A stretch of DNA of 64,000 nt, from contig OX597815.1 of NCBI GenBank assembly GCA_951406725.2, positions 14,012,001 to 14,076,000 of the forward strand. The letters are read 5' to 3'. This document shows positions 26,268-40,554 of the stretch, in pieces. Position 1 is the stretch's first letter. Every line of letters starts with the position of its first letter. Both the position numbers and the translations under genes were made by a program. Below the pieces are notes generated by a model. It ran no database searches. It was not told the origin of the DNA and was given only the letters and a program-made list of their open reading frames with translations. This DNA comes from Octopus vulgaris (taxonomy: Eukaryota).

Positions 26268-27905
26268 TTTGTTTCGTTTTTATTTCATTTATTCATTTAT
26301 TAGGAAAAGTATTTCGAAGTGGCACAATATTAGATTTATACTTTTATTTTATATGATTATGACTTTCATTTCGACTTTTCATAGCATTAAATTGTATAAT
26401 TTATTGAATTTTTACTACCAAATTCTTGCAGACTCTGCAAAATTTGATTTTTTTTTCGGAATATATAGTATACAAATACATGAAATATAAATCTTATAAG
26501 AGAATTTATTATATTGAAGAATGTCATCGAGAATTCGGACATCTCAAAAATACTTTCATTGGGTTAAAAACTGTAGGAATTTTTTTCTTACAAACATATG
26601 TTCAAAAATTGATACTAGATCATGTTACTAGATCTAAAGTCTACTCCATAGCTTCCATATATTTTTATAATACTTATGTTTCAGTGAAGTAAAAGCTAAT
26701 ATGTTCATTGAGAGTTGAAAGTGTGCAACATTTATTAATAGACAAAGTTTCCACCACATTTTAACGTAAAGTAAGTTAGTGGATACTGTAATACTGACAG
26801 AGTCTAGTACAAATTTTAAAGAAATACTGATGCTTCCAATCAGTCAATCCACGATTAAGTGAATCCGACTACCTTCGTTTAAGTCTTTTTCATAGATACC
26901 ATTATGTTTAATAAACAAATTTAAAAATTATATTACGTAATCGATGTCGACACAAAAGATATCTAAGCTTAAAAATTGAACTACGTATATCAGTTATACC
27001 AGTTAGGAATGTCTAAATATTATTGTCGAGCTGTAAGCTTTCTAGGATTAATATGCTCGGATGCTAGCATAAAAGTCTTTCTAAAACAATAATGAAACTC
27101 AAGACAAAATAATTCCAACGTATGAACTGTAATACATGCTTTCTTTGACGTTTAGTACATTTACTAAAGAATTTCACATTGCAAGAACGGGATTTATGTA
27201 TTTTCACTCGAGACCTAGCACAGATATCTTCTATGAACTAGTCTTATGTTGACCAATGACTTCAGACTGAAATTTTGTAGGTGGAAATTGTGTGGAAGGA
27301 AAACAGCCAAGGAGAAAATTGTGAAGTTTTGAACTAATTCCTTCACTGGAAAGTAGAAAAGCAAGTTTTACCACTGCACATGTCATAAATTGACCACTTC
27401 CTTTAGAATTCAGCTTGAAACATTGTTTTAACATCTTTCTGATTATGATAATTTCTATTTCGAACTCATGATAATAACATGTTTACATCCTTTAAAGAAA
27501 TCCTTTGCATCTCACTTGTATTCTAACCTAACTTCTACATCAGTAATTCTATCTTCCTCATCTATACTGTCATTTCCGTTTTTCTCATCTATACTGTCAT
27601 TTATGCTCCTAACTTGCCATTGGCTTCGCTTTTCTCTGTATATTTATACGGTCCAGAGTCTAATCGGTTCCACACTTTGGAGGTAGTGCAAACTGCTTTT
27701 TGGTATTGCCACATCTACGTCCAACAAAAACAAAATAAAGTACATATTAATCAAATTAACACACGACGTTAAGCATCAAAATGATTATGAATGCGTCACA
27801 GATCTAGAACAGGAAAATGATAATCAAAGTGACCGAAACTCATGGTCCTTACTTAAATTTCCCCCCAGTGGCTGAAATGCACTTGATTTTGAACTTGTAG
27901 CATTA

Positions 27906-27962
<57 letters not shown>

Positions 27963-28201
27963 AGGTTTGGAGATGATGTACAGGTATTATATATTAGAAG
28001 AAATGAGGTAATCAGAAGATCGGATGGTTCATATTTACAGATATTTATTTATATATTACATTTTTTACATATATATATTGTATCATTCAGATCATTAGCG
28101 CTTTCTCCCATTCTAGTAGGGTTTTCAAATCAAAATAATTCCTTTGTGGGCAATTTTAATCATTTTATAGAGTTTCGTAGTGGTGGGGAGGAACAACACA
28201 G

Positions 28202-28249
<48 letters not shown>

Positions 28250-28977
28250 AATCAATATTAGGGTAGCAAAAATTTCAATAGAAATTATTTTGCCACCAGC
28301 GGTCTAGTGAGAAAGAGGAAATAGTCAGAGACTATTAATAAATTCAACAACAATTGAGGAACGGCTATAATAGGCCGTTCGACCCACTAGAAATAGCAGC
28401 CAGGGCTCCAACCGCAAATAGTAGTAATTCCGAAATCAGAGGAAAAATTAAAAAAACATTTACCCTGTTCTTCTTTAGACAATGCATTGTTTCGGTTTTT
28501 TTTTATGGTAAACCAGCCTGATTAAATTAAATTAAACTTAATCAAGTCAATCTTCCAAAAGGCCAACGCGCTCATCAGTAAAGGAGCCAGAAGGGACAGA
28601 AATTATACGAGGCAGCTACCTGCATGCCTCGGTAATATCTGACCTAAAATTTTCAAAATCATCGTACTCGCGCCAACTTATCGGCAGCAAATATAAACTG
28701 CCGATTGAATTTCGGAATTAATCAGAAAATTATCAATTAATCAATATTAGGGTAGCAAAAAATTCAATAGAAATTATTTTGCCACCAGCGGTCTAGTGAG
28801 AAAGAGGAAATAGTCAGAGACTATTAATAAATTCAACAACAATTGAGGAACGGCTATAATAGGCCGTTCGACCCACTAGAAATAGCAGCCAGGGCTCCTA
28901 CTATTTGCGGTTGGAGTCCTGGCTGCTATTTCTAGTGGGTCGAACGGCCTATTATAGCCGTTCCTCAATTGTTGTTG
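28250..28977 (-). mobile_element. Retrozyme or Penelope-pLTR-like element: 489-bp unit in partial tandem plus inverted tail
   Basis: 28250-28409 repeats at 28739-28898; 28898-28977 is the reverse complement of 28345-28424; (TA)n on both sides. Confidence 0.8.
28470..28586 (-). ncRNA. Type I hammerhead motif with palindromic helix III and GUC cleavage site
   Basis: CTCCTTTA-CTGATGA-[78 nt]-GAAA-CAATGCATTG-TC-TAAAGAAG. Confidence 0.7.
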
Positions 28978-30524
28978 TATATATATACATATATATACAT
29001 ATATACATATATATATAAATAAATATATATATATATGTTTGTATGTATGTATGTATATGCAGCACGGAGTTTTGTCAGTGAACAGGTCGCGGTCTCAAAT
29101 ATATATATATATGTATGTATATATACGTTCTGGTAATTTAGTGTTTCATTCATATCAACGAAATTAACAGCTTGTATCGCAACAGAATTCTTTGAATCCG
29201 AAACAGTTGATGATGTCAAAATAATACGTGTTGGCCCCTAAAGAATCGAACCACATCATTCCTATCAATCCTATCACCAAACAGGTTTCAGCCGATCATA
29301 ATGTCTCCGACGATGGCAGTGCCCTCGCTCATACGTGTCGATAATTACGAGAAAAATTCATCTATACATAATTATTAATCGAGCAACATACCTATATCAA
29401 TGATTACCGGTAATGTTTGACACAAGTTGTATTTATATTGTCTTTTATTTTCACAAACAATTCAGTAGAAAACTAGCAATATTTGATTTTTATTTCCGTT
29501 TGCTTATACATATTAGTGATAAGTCAAACAGAGCGTGGAGTTACAACTCAGCATCTATCTAATGGTTGTGCAGCGAAATGTTTATGATTTATCGTTGCAA
29601 CTTCAATACAATAATCCTTTTACGATAGAGTTTTAGTTGTTTACGGTAAATTATGAAAGACGGATGAAAAGGAATACTTGTCAGACGCTTAAATTTCAGC
29701 ACAATATAAACTATGAAATTGTGTGTCAGTGTGTCTGTGGGGGTTGTGTCTGTATGTGTGTGTTTCAGTGTATGTGTATGTATGTGTGTGTGAGAGAGAG
29801 TGAGAGGTAACTGTTTTTATGCGTATGTGTGTGAGAGAGAAATGACTGTTTTTATGCGTCTGTGTTTGTGTGTAAGAGTATGCGTGTGAATGTGTATGCG
29901 TGTGTCTTTCATATATTCGTACGATGTCGTAGTAGCGTTTAACAAACTAAAATACAGACTCGACATCGATTATAAGTTATTTTATGAGAAGTCGTATGAC
30001 ATAAAACATGCCCCTTACGAATGTTTCCTCGATACATATAAAACTACCATTTGGCATATAAGTTGAAATTATCATTACGTACGTTTTAATCCTTGCATAC
30101 ATCCAAAAACGTCGCGTTTTTGATGGCCGAACACACTGTAAACTTACTCACACAAACATCATACCTCTCCCCACAATCCATCTCTAAATAAACTCTTCTA
30201 TGTCTCACTTTCTGTATATCACACACAAATTATCTTAACTCTTTTGCTCTGCCCTGGCATGTGTCATTGTGGGACATTCCTACCACAAAGGAAAAGCAGT
30301 GAATCTCTAAACCGTTTTCGCGGAAGTTTATCGTTATATTTGTCTCTTTTCGAGCGAACGTATTGAAAATATTTTTGAATATTAGAGGTGCTATGCGTTC
30401 CTAAAGGACATGCTGTGGAAAGAAAATCGTTTCAAGATCCTGTGGTAATTAACTTAGGCTCACAAGTCAGCATAAAATAATGTAGTATCCACCAACATAC
30501 GTAATGCAATGTTCAAACGGAATA

Positions 30525-30730
30525 ATAGGTTCAAATATTGGCACAAGTCCAGCAATGTCGGAGGACACAATAAATCGATGATACCGACTCCAGTATTCAA
30601 CTGGTACTTATTTTTCGACTTCAAAGGACGGAAGGCAAAATTAATTTCTGTGGAATTCAGATTGCAAAGACGGATGAAATGCCACTAAGCAATTTACCCA
30701 GCTTGCTACGTTTCTGCCATCTCGCTGCCT
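30525..30730 (-). mobile_element. SINE family B, degenerate
   Basis: CTGGTACTTATTTTTCGAC..GAAGGCAAA plus head remnant. Confidence 0.7.
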
Positions 30731-30733
30731 TAT

Positions 30734-30771
<38 letters not shown>

Positions 30772-30796
30772 TAATAATAATAATAATAATAATAAT

Positions 30797-30944
30797 ATGA
30801 TATGAGATTACCATGTCGCACACATATGACTGTGATGCACGTTCTCTAGTGTAACCTTATCAGACGGGTAGTCATCATGGGTATACTGGGCTTGGTATAC
30901 TTTACCCCAGTGTCACTTTGATAGTATGCACTGCTCTCTCACTC

Positions 30945-30945
<1 letters not shown>
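30797..30945 (+). mobile_element. Family D 3' fragment between (AAT)n arrays
   Basis: Matches 62650-62795. Confidence 0.85.
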
Positions 30946-30983
<38 letters not shown>

Positions 30984-30984
<1 letters not shown>

Positions 30985-31500
30985 GCTCAGAAAGAATTGG
31001 ACATTTTGCAGCAAATATGGACTTGAGAGAACAAAAAGTGGTAGGAACATAAACCCGAAGACATCATCGAAAATGATAATGCAAATATCCTACGGGATTT
31101 TATGATTCAGTGCGACCATGAGATAGAGAAAAGGAAATCAGACATAGTCTTTACTGAGAACGAAGGCAAACAAGGCTGGATCATAGGTATAGCATACCCA
31201 GTCGACAGTAAGATATAGCATACCCAGTAGACAGGAAGAAAGAAAAGTCGATAGATGTGAGAGGATAGCTTGGGAGGTTAAGCAGTTGTGGTCGTTGAAA
31301 AAGGTGATAATAGTACCAATAATTGTCGGAGTCCTGGGAACAGTGAGTAAAATCTTGAGTAGTACATGGAACTAATAGGAGCTACAATAAGGATGGGGCA
31401 CTCACAGAAAACAGCAATGATTTGAATCGCTCGAATACACCGGATGGTGCTGGAAACATAAGGGATGTTACCTTAGTTCACTGGTTGGGAACAAAGGACA
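30984..31500 (+). mobile_element. R4/Dong-like LINE 3' end (RLE domain)
   Basis: HKPEDIIENDNANILRDFMIQCDHEIEKRKSDIV..WEVKQLWSLKKVIIVPIIVGVLG; preceded by (AAT)n. Confidence 0.85.
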
Positions 31501-32564
31501 ATAACTAAAAATAACTTATTCTGGTCAACTACCTAGACAGAAAATGGAAATAAAATATGACATCTATTCCTAATCAAACCTTGTCAACGCAAGGGAAGAC
31601 AACTTAAGTCTTTTGAAGAACTTTATCAATTTAACTGAAATTTTAGTTTACTCGCAACATTAAGGAGGTTATTGTGATTCTAAATGTGAGATTTATTTGT
31701 GGTATCTCAACAAAATATAAACCTAGAGGGAGTGGGGGAAATATATGCCCTTTTTATAATATCTAAACCACATCGCGCTAAGACAAGCTTGAATATTATA
31801 TAAGGGCATTATCAAAAGAATCGGGAAGAGTGTCACAGCTACTGCTCTGAGTAACTTCCACAAATTCAGTACTGAATAACATTGGCACAAATGCCATACT
31901 AAATTATATTAATAATTTGTTTTTCTCAATAATCATCCATCATTGTCCCTCATCATATTTTCATGCTCCTTCTGTTTCTTTCCTACTCGTGCTTACCATA
32001 CTTTGTGCATAAACATTCATATTATTTTATTCATGATATTCTGTTCAGACCTCACCACCTCCACCACAGTTACTCCAAAACTTTTCACGTTGAAATTAAG
32101 GTAAATGTACATCAAGACGTCCCATCCATCTGAATATATTTAAGATACACTTATGATACGAAACGTTACTGAAAATATGTATAGTTTTTAGACCCAAGTA
32201 AGTTTTGTTTTTCAGCAGAAAGAAGATGAAAGCTTAACACTTGTATTTGTGTATATCAGGGAATATATGAATATATTTTTTATATTTCCAAGACATATAC
32301 ATAGATATGTAAATACGTAGTATATCTACACATACTCACACACAAACATACACACATATACACATACATGCACACATACACACGCAGATATACACACAAA
32401 CGCTAACACACACACATGTATACACGTAAATTCAGACCTACCTATAGACAGACAGAAGACAGACAGCTAGAGAGACAGATAGATAGACAGTCAAATAGAT
32501 ACGCACATGCAGGCAGATAGGCAGAGGGACATCCAGACAGATATCTAGACTGACAAAGAGAAGG

Positions 32565-32573
32565 TAGATAGAC

Positions 32574-32666
<93 letters not shown>

Positions 32667-32669
32667 TAC

Positions 32670-32736
<67 letters not shown>

Positions 32737-32777
32737 TAGATACATAGATTGATAGATAGACAGACAGACATACAGAC

Positions 32778-32812
<35 letters not shown>

Positions 32813-32817
32813 CAGAC

Positions 32818-32887
<70 letters not shown>

Positions 32888-33097
32888 GTTTCTTTATTGG
32901 CCACACAGGGCTGCACACAGATGGGACAAGTTACAAGGTAGAGCTTTTCTTTTGGGGGATGAAGAAAACAAAAAAAAATTTTTTTTAAATAAAAAAGGGG
33001 GTGACGTAGGTTTTCGATCAAGAGGGATTGTAAAAGGGAAGAAAAGAACAAAAAAAATAAATAAATAAAATAAAAAATAAAAAGAATAAAAAGAAAG

Positions 33098-33195
<98 letters not shown>
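32565..33195. repeat. (GATA/GACA)n array interrupted by a retroelement 3' end (32887-33040, minus strand)
   Basis: Insert AGTTTCTTTATTGGCCACACAGGGCTGCACACAGATGGGACAA recurs at 63487 inside another GATA array. Confidence 0.9.
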
Positions 33196-33196
<1 letters not shown>

Positions 33197-33316
33197 CACA
33201 CGTACAAACAGATAGATAGGCACACATACAGACAGGCATAGAAGCAGACAGACAGTCAAATAGCCTTCACATCTGCAGACAGCCAATCAGACAGATAGAT
33301 AGTCAGACAGAAAGAC

Positions 33317-33378
<62 letters not shown>

Positions 33379-33782
33379 GGATGTCGGATTGTTTGATTCG
33401 TAGATTTATGTACATATGTCAACTAAACATTAATGACTTAAAAGCAAAACCGCAATACTGATTGTACATTGAAAATAATATTAATTAGAAATAATGGATG
33501 TATAGCTTTTGTCTGAGACTGGCAACTCAGTTTAGTTTAAGGTTGATGGAATTTTTCTAATAATCACGAAATAATATCCGTCGGTATGAGTGGTGAGTAT
33601 TCAGTTATAGCGAATTGGCTAACTCATTATATCATCGGATCAAATGCCACGTATCATTTGTACCGGCAATCGGTGCTCTGAGTTAACAATGTCACCGGGA
33701 TCGATTTTTACCTTTTATATTACAGCGCTGTCAATCTAAAATGGCTGGTTGGTGAAACTGGAAAGAAATCGAACAAGTTAGC

Positions 33783-33993
33783 TCGTTAGCACGCCGGGCG
33801 AATTGCTTAGCGGTATTTCATCTGCGTTACGTTGTGAGTTCAAATTCCACCGAGGTCGACTTTGCCTTTCAACCTTTCGGGGTCGATAAATTAAGTACCA
33901 GTAACGCACTGGGTCGATGTAATCGACTTAATACCTATGTCTGTCCTTGTTTGTCCCCTCTGTGTTTAGCCCCTTGTGAGTAGTAAAGAAATA
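33783..33993 (+). mobile_element. SINE family B
   Basis: Homology to 8052-8277. Confidence 0.9.
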
Positions 33994-34550
33994 GGTATTT
34001 CTTCATGTTTGTTTTTTACGCAATATGAGTTCAAATCCCGCCGTGGTATATGGAGTTGTAGATTAAATCCGTCGCCCTGTGTAAAGACGCATCTTAAGCA
34101 CATCTAACAGAATTCACTCCCCTCATGTGTTCGAGGCAAGTATCGAACTTGAAATTACTTACTTCTCTCCTCCTTATCATACACCTAGAATTCACTGCGA
34201 AGGGCTATGGGCTTAGTCTGTCCTACTACCAACTACTAAATAAAATTGAACTATTTACTCATTAAATTTCAGTGTGCAAATGTACTGAAGACACCTTAAC
34301 GCTTAATATTATCTTCAGTCACTCTCAGCAGATCTCAGTCTGACAAGTTTGCATATATGGATTATAGGTGCCACTCACCGACTATTTCTATGAAACCAAT
34401 TCCATCGAAAAGGCATAATGTGACTTGATATTAAAGTAAAACACCCTTCTCAAGATACTATATCGTGGGATCCTACCAGAAACGTCAGTTTGCCGGAAAA
34501 AAAATTATTCATTTGGCGACGTTGCATCCGTGTAGCCGTGCATTGATGTA

Positions 34551-35716
34551 TTAGTTTGGCAAGTAATTGCCGGCGTCTTTTTTAAAATTTAAATGTTTCA
34601 AAAGTTTTAATAAAAAATAACAACTAAGGAATCAATAATGTATTCACCCTTGTTGTTTACAACTTCTTTCCAACGTTCAACAAGATTTTCAATACCTCCT
34701 TGGTAGAAATCACCCGATTTCGACAAGAAAAATTGATCCAACCAAGGTCTCAATTCTGCATCAGTATTGAACGAAATTCCGCGCATAGCATTTGAAAGAA
34801 ATCGAAAGAGGTGGAAATCCGTTGGTGCCAAATACACTTCCCAGCCATGCGTTTGAATGGATTCCTTGGTCATAATGTCGATATGAGGGCGGCGTTGTCG
34901 TGCAGCAGAAGCACTCCATGTTGCCGATTAGGGTTTTTTTTCTTGAGCCGTGTTGAGTCATTCTATCTGTTGAACATAGAGTTCCGCGTGGGCCGTTTGG
35001 TTCTGTTCAAGCAATTTGTAATGAATAATCCCTTCCCAGTCACACCATACGCACAACATTGTTTTACGCGGATGAAGATCTTGTTTCACGCGCCATTCTT
35101 TACTCTTCTTCATAGTGATGTACAGGCATCATTTTTCGGTAAAGAAATCGTTGCTTGTGTCAATGAGTTGAGCGGTGACGAGCAAGCAATTCAGCGGAGA
35201 TTGTGGCTCGTTGAATTTTGTTTTTGTCACTTAAAGAATGCAGAACCCATGCGCCATACTTCTGAACCGTTCCCATCGAGTGAAGATGCTCCTCTATAGC
35301 AGTTTGGGAGCATTCCATTTTCTCTGCCAGTTCCCTTGTCGTTTGACGAGATTTTTCGGCGAACTCATATGCCAGAACGAAGTACGACTTTGAGGTCAAA
35401 ATTTCCATTTTTGAACTTGGCATACCAATCATGAGCGGTTCTTTCGGCTATGGCACCCTCTCCATACACAGCACAAATGTCGCGAGCAGCTTTTGCTGCC
35501 TTAGAACCTTGATTAAAAGCAAAATGAAGGAGGTGTCAAAAATGCTCGTTTTTCTTAATAAAAAAATTAACTAAAATTAAATAATAAAAAAGAAAAGCAA
35601 AATAGATTCTAAAATCATTCAAAAATAGAATTCTCGAAAAAAATAGATTCCAAAATTTAAAAACGCAATAGATTCCAAAATTTAAAAAAACCGCGATAAC
35701 TTAGTTGCCAACCCAA
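34551..35716 (-). mobile_element. mariner transposon, mellifera-like subfamily, transposase pseudogene
   Basis: TIR TTGGGTTGGCAACTAAG (left copy degenerate), TA TSD; peptides KAARDICAVYGEGAIAERTAHDWYAKFKNGNFDLK, WVLHSL, LAPTDFHLFRFL, GIENLVERWKEVVNNKGEYIID. Confidence 0.93.
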
Positions 35717-37084
35717 TATTTTCAATATAGTGTCTTGATGTGAGCCAGAGGAGCTCCTAAATCTACTTAATCGGCAATAACATACGATAAAATAACAAAT
35801 CTACAAAGTGCTTCTCGGTACTTATAACAATGTTTTGCTCTGTTGTCTATGTGAGTAATTCAGAACGAATGCCAAATCTACGACTACTATTGAAATCTGG
35901 GAGAAGTCATTTTTGTACAGTTGTAAACGAATTGTCATATATAGACTCTCTTCGGCATTTGTGGCACTAACACAAATATTATGTCCTATACTGATTATTA
36001 TGGCATCATATATGAGCTGGCACAATAGAAATAGTGATAAATTATTTCACTGACATTCTTTTAAAACAATATTTGAAAAGTGCATATAATTTAATAATTT
36101 ATGCCAGTGCATGTTAAAAGGAAATATGATTGAAGAGAATCAGATTAACAAAGAAAATAAGTTTATAAATTATTTATATAGAGCTTTAAAAGAGAATTCA
36201 GAAATAATTCCATCAGCAATATTAGCTGTTTATAAAACTGATGATTTATGTGTCAAATTCTGTTTTTATATTAATATTCTTTTTAATTCCTTCATTTATT
36301 TAAATCCTTATTTTTTTATTCTTCCATCATATTCTCTTCCAAATTTTTACTATTTCAAATATGCATTTTTTTTTCATCTTGCACACTTTTTATTTCATTT
36401 CCAAGCTTTTTATATAGTCATTCCATTCGCCTTTTCACGTTTAATATTGATTATTGTTTTCTAAATGTATTATTGAAAAACTTGCTTTAAAATGCTAAGC
36501 AACACAAGCTATTTAACTATATTTTATATGATGTAACTATTCATCATCCGCAGAGATTTAAATATCGCGTGATCAGTGTTTCATAGTATATTTTGAATCA
36601 AGCACAATATTTCATAAACACATCTGTTATAAAGGTAGCCAACATTTTTCATAATAAAACAAATGAATTAATCTCTCACTCAACTATCTTTACATCGGTC
36701 ACTTCATTACAATTACATGACAACAGTTTAAATTTATACAACTATCAAACATAAAATGTTTATCAATCATCTACTGTCTACTCTAAACATGAGGTGGATT
36801 ATAATGTATTCTAACTACTACTTATCTATAACATATTTTTAATGTGAACAAATTATACATAAATATATTTAAGATGCCTCAGACTATTTTTCATAAGATA
36901 CTTCCCATAATATTATATAATTTTAATTTATCTTAAAGAACGAATAAATATATATCAAATATATGGAGGAAAAATAGTCGATAGAAACTATAAATTTTAT
37001 TGTCGCTCTCTGGTATTCGAATAAAGTGTAGAACGGTATTACATAAACAGTATGCAGTATCAATACCGCTTTACAAATATTACT

Positions 37085-37920
37085 GTTTTATAACGATAAA
37101 TTATTTGCCCAGAAGCAGTGAGTTGTAAGCTGGAAAGTTTCTCTTGATTGAGTATGTCCACCGATATTAGGTAGACAATCAATTGCAAACGTCACGAGGA
37201 GAAATATATATATTAGAAGGAAATGCTTTTCTAACAGGCTTGTTTCTGTGGTTCTAAGAAGATACTACACTCGAGATTGATTATAGGGAGGGTATTTTAC
37301 TTTTAGCATAATTAATTTTTCACATAGAATTTTCCTTCGATGATCCAATATTTTATTTAAAAAATGATGAGAATTTCAACGACTCTCAGGCTTCACATTA
37401 CAGTATATGTCTCTTTGACAGAGATTCCGGTAAGAACTAACGGTCCATCATTTTTAATGCTACCCTACTTCATACTCGTTTATTATGCCGAGTATTTAAA
37501 AAGATCTCATTGTCAGAAGGTTATCAGAAAATTCTAGTATTGACAAATAATCCTGTAATGAATTCATCTGTGCATTTGATTGGCCGGCTTTTGTCATACT
37601 GAATTTGTAACACACACTTGCTTGATGGGGAAGGATGGTTGTACTGGATTAAGTGTTCCCAGTAGCGGTCAGAGCAGCCCAAAGTGCATCCATGCTTAAA
37701 AATACATACACATAATCGGACGTTTGTACGCTAAATATGTTAAAAAATTGGTTGGTCTTCGTTCAAAAAATTATCTTATTCAAGATCGTTGTGATATTTG
37801 TCTCTAACTCGAATTCTTCATGCAGTGTGTTTTTGGAAACCAGTTCTCGTGGCATAGCAACACGAAGAACACTGCAGAAGATCCAAAGACAAGTAACATA
37901 GTGAAAGGCAGAAACAACCC
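37085..37920 (-). pseudogene. Possible decayed intronless class A GPCR
   Basis: Ordered motif remnants LWAALTATGN, YLSILEFSDNLL, LVLTGISVKETYTVM and IFLLVTFAIDCLPNI; several stops and frameshifts. Confidence 0.35.
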
Positions 37921-38942
37921 TTTTAGTCAAAATTATATACAAAATCGAAAATATAAAGCGTTATGAACGTCACAAGAGATTATCTAAGTACAGTAAAATG
38001 CCTTCGGTAGGGTATAAAATGCTATGAAAATACCCTTTAACACCTGAGAGCCAAATTTTTCAAATATGTTGAAAGGAAGGGAGATTATATTCATACTTGT
38101 ATTCTGAAAAACGTTTCCGAAAACGTGAATACGCAACAAAGAAAAAGCATTTTTCGCAGATTCTCCCAAAGCAATAATGCTTTAAAAAAAAACCTTACCT
38201 CCTGTCACATAAAACCAGACTCATACTGCTGTGTTACCGGGCCTTCTTCACAAAAATAGCTATGAATGTAATAGTAGTATCACTGATTAGTGTGCAATAA
38301 TCTTGAAGAAAGATAAACAATTAAAATGTATTCTGCGTGATACATACCTGGAATTATTACTTCGTTTTTTTAAAGCCCCGTCACAAGACAGAAAATATTA
38401 TCTGAAATGCATTGAGTCAATGTTAACAGCACCATCTCAACCGAGGATGGATATTGTGAATATTAATGAGAGATTAATAGCTGCTTCTTTTGGCAAATTT
38501 GATCTTATTACAGACTTTTACAGCAAGTTGTAAATATTAAAGGCCGTGGATATACAAAGGCGAAGCAATAGCAAGGAGAATATTAGAAGTTATCCTAGTA
38601 TAATCTCCCTCACATGGCTTCGCTATATATCGTATATCTGATGGCAAATGCTACAAGAGTTTAATGTTAAATGACAATAAATACTTGTAAGTAACTAGTA
38701 ATGAGGAAATCCGGATAAAAAAAACGTGATTCTCAGAACCTCTAGGTTACAATAAATCAAGATCTGGGTGCTTCATAATATAACTGTAGTACCCATACTC
38801 ATCCCATCTTTTGAACTTCTCGAGTGGACGTCTGATGAGATCAGGGTGGGCTACCGATAATAATGCTCAAAATATAGTCAATGACATATATTGAATGACA
38901 CCCAACTCTATATAAAATAGATTTCTCTAAGCATAGTTGATA

Positions 38943-39160
38943 TGAGGGGGTGATGAAAAGTTCCTGGATTTCGCTAAAAAAAAACATAGAGGAGGATCAT
39001 TTAATTATGATATCATTCAGCGTATTCCCCTCTCAGATTCACACGCATATTACAACGATTCTTCAGTTTTTCTAAGCTCTAAACAAGAACTCGGAACGTT
39101 TGGCCTCCAGCCAGGCCTTTGGCGTTAGACTTAAAGCCAAGGACTTTTCAGATCCCCTCG
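38943..39160. mobile_element. mariner-derived MITE
   Basis: TIRs TGAGGGGGTGATGAAAAGTTCCTGG / CCAAGGACTTTTCAGATCCCCTCG with TA flanks; second copy at 53036-53257. Confidence 0.85.
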
Positions 39161-40554
39161 TAAACAAGAGATGGAAGGAAAACAGACATTCAGTGAATTC
39201 CTCTTTCAATTTCGTAATGAAGTATACAACCGAAGCTCAGCTGCGAATTAGACTGAAGTTTTTCTCCCATTTCCTTAAAACATTTCATTACGATAATAAT
39301 GCAAATATCTGCAATAAGTTGTGGTTGAAATGTATACAGCCAGAAATCGAGGTAATCGTACAAAGAAAGCAAATTCGATCCGCGAAAATCGATGAATGGT
39401 TTGAGAGGATTTAAGAGGTAGATGAATAATTGACGTAGTTTGGGATTAAAATAGGATGACCAAGGATACACACTTCAGGAAATTTACACAGCTTTGCCAC
39501 AACAGAATATCAGATGAAAGGCATTTGGTTAATCAGCGAAAATCATGCATGACGATGTTCTCAGAAAGCTTCAAGGTGATAACAATTCACATAATCAAAG
39601 CAATATATTTTTGACCGACAACAGGTCTTAGGTCTCACATTGAACGGTATGATTTTGTAATGCAGGAATGAGAAATAACTACGAAGTATCTCACATGGGA
39701 AAGAGATGAAGATGAAGGTAAAATTCCTAAATATGTCGAATGATGCAGTCGCTGCGGAAATGAAATCGAAGATGTGATTGACATCATAAGTATCTAACCG
39801 AAAATATCATCGCACTACAATTTATCTATGAAGTATAATGTTATGAGTAATATATTATTCAATGAAATCGAAGAAAGAATAATCCTCAGGTATAAAAACA
39901 AAATATATATTTACCTCGAAATAAAGAGTTTACTCATAAAATACCGTAGAATTTTCCTGTTCGAACAATCCTAGATAATAGGCGTAATAATAAACATAAT
40001 TTGTAGCTCTGAAAAAACGTTTGCTTCGTCGGGGAAATCAGTTAGTAAGTAGATGTTGACATGATACAGGAACTCAAGCGGCATTGAAGATAATGATGAA
40101 TATATCGATGGATATATCGATGAGTAGGAGGTGAAAAAGCCTCGTTAGAGGATTTGAAACCTCATCATATTGTATTATTTGTAGTGGTTTATAACCTCAA
40201 TTGTGTGTTTAAAAAAACATGTTAAGAGGTTTTAGTGGCTCCTTCTTGTGAGAGGTTTGAAACCTCATTTTGATTTTTAATAAAAGAAAATATGTTTTCG
40301 AGAAAAATCCAATCAGTGGGTGTTGGGTTTCGTCTCTCATTTATTCATTTTATTTTATTTTCATTCGTTAATGTGTTTGTCCAGCCTGCAAAGCTACACT
40401 CTTTGTACTGTCTATATGACAAATTTTATGAAATAAAGTAGATGTTGAGATTATATTTTTAAGATCACTAGAACAAAAAAGGGAAAACACACGGAGCAGA
40501 GGACATAGATGCCGTTACTCTCGTAAGATAAAGCTTTAGAATTATATCCATGAT

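Noticed and set aside
37422-37429. CAG-8 nt-GTAAGA microexon-like site
   Set aside because: Weak pyrimidine tract, not frame-preserving, and it overlaps the putative GPCR relic.
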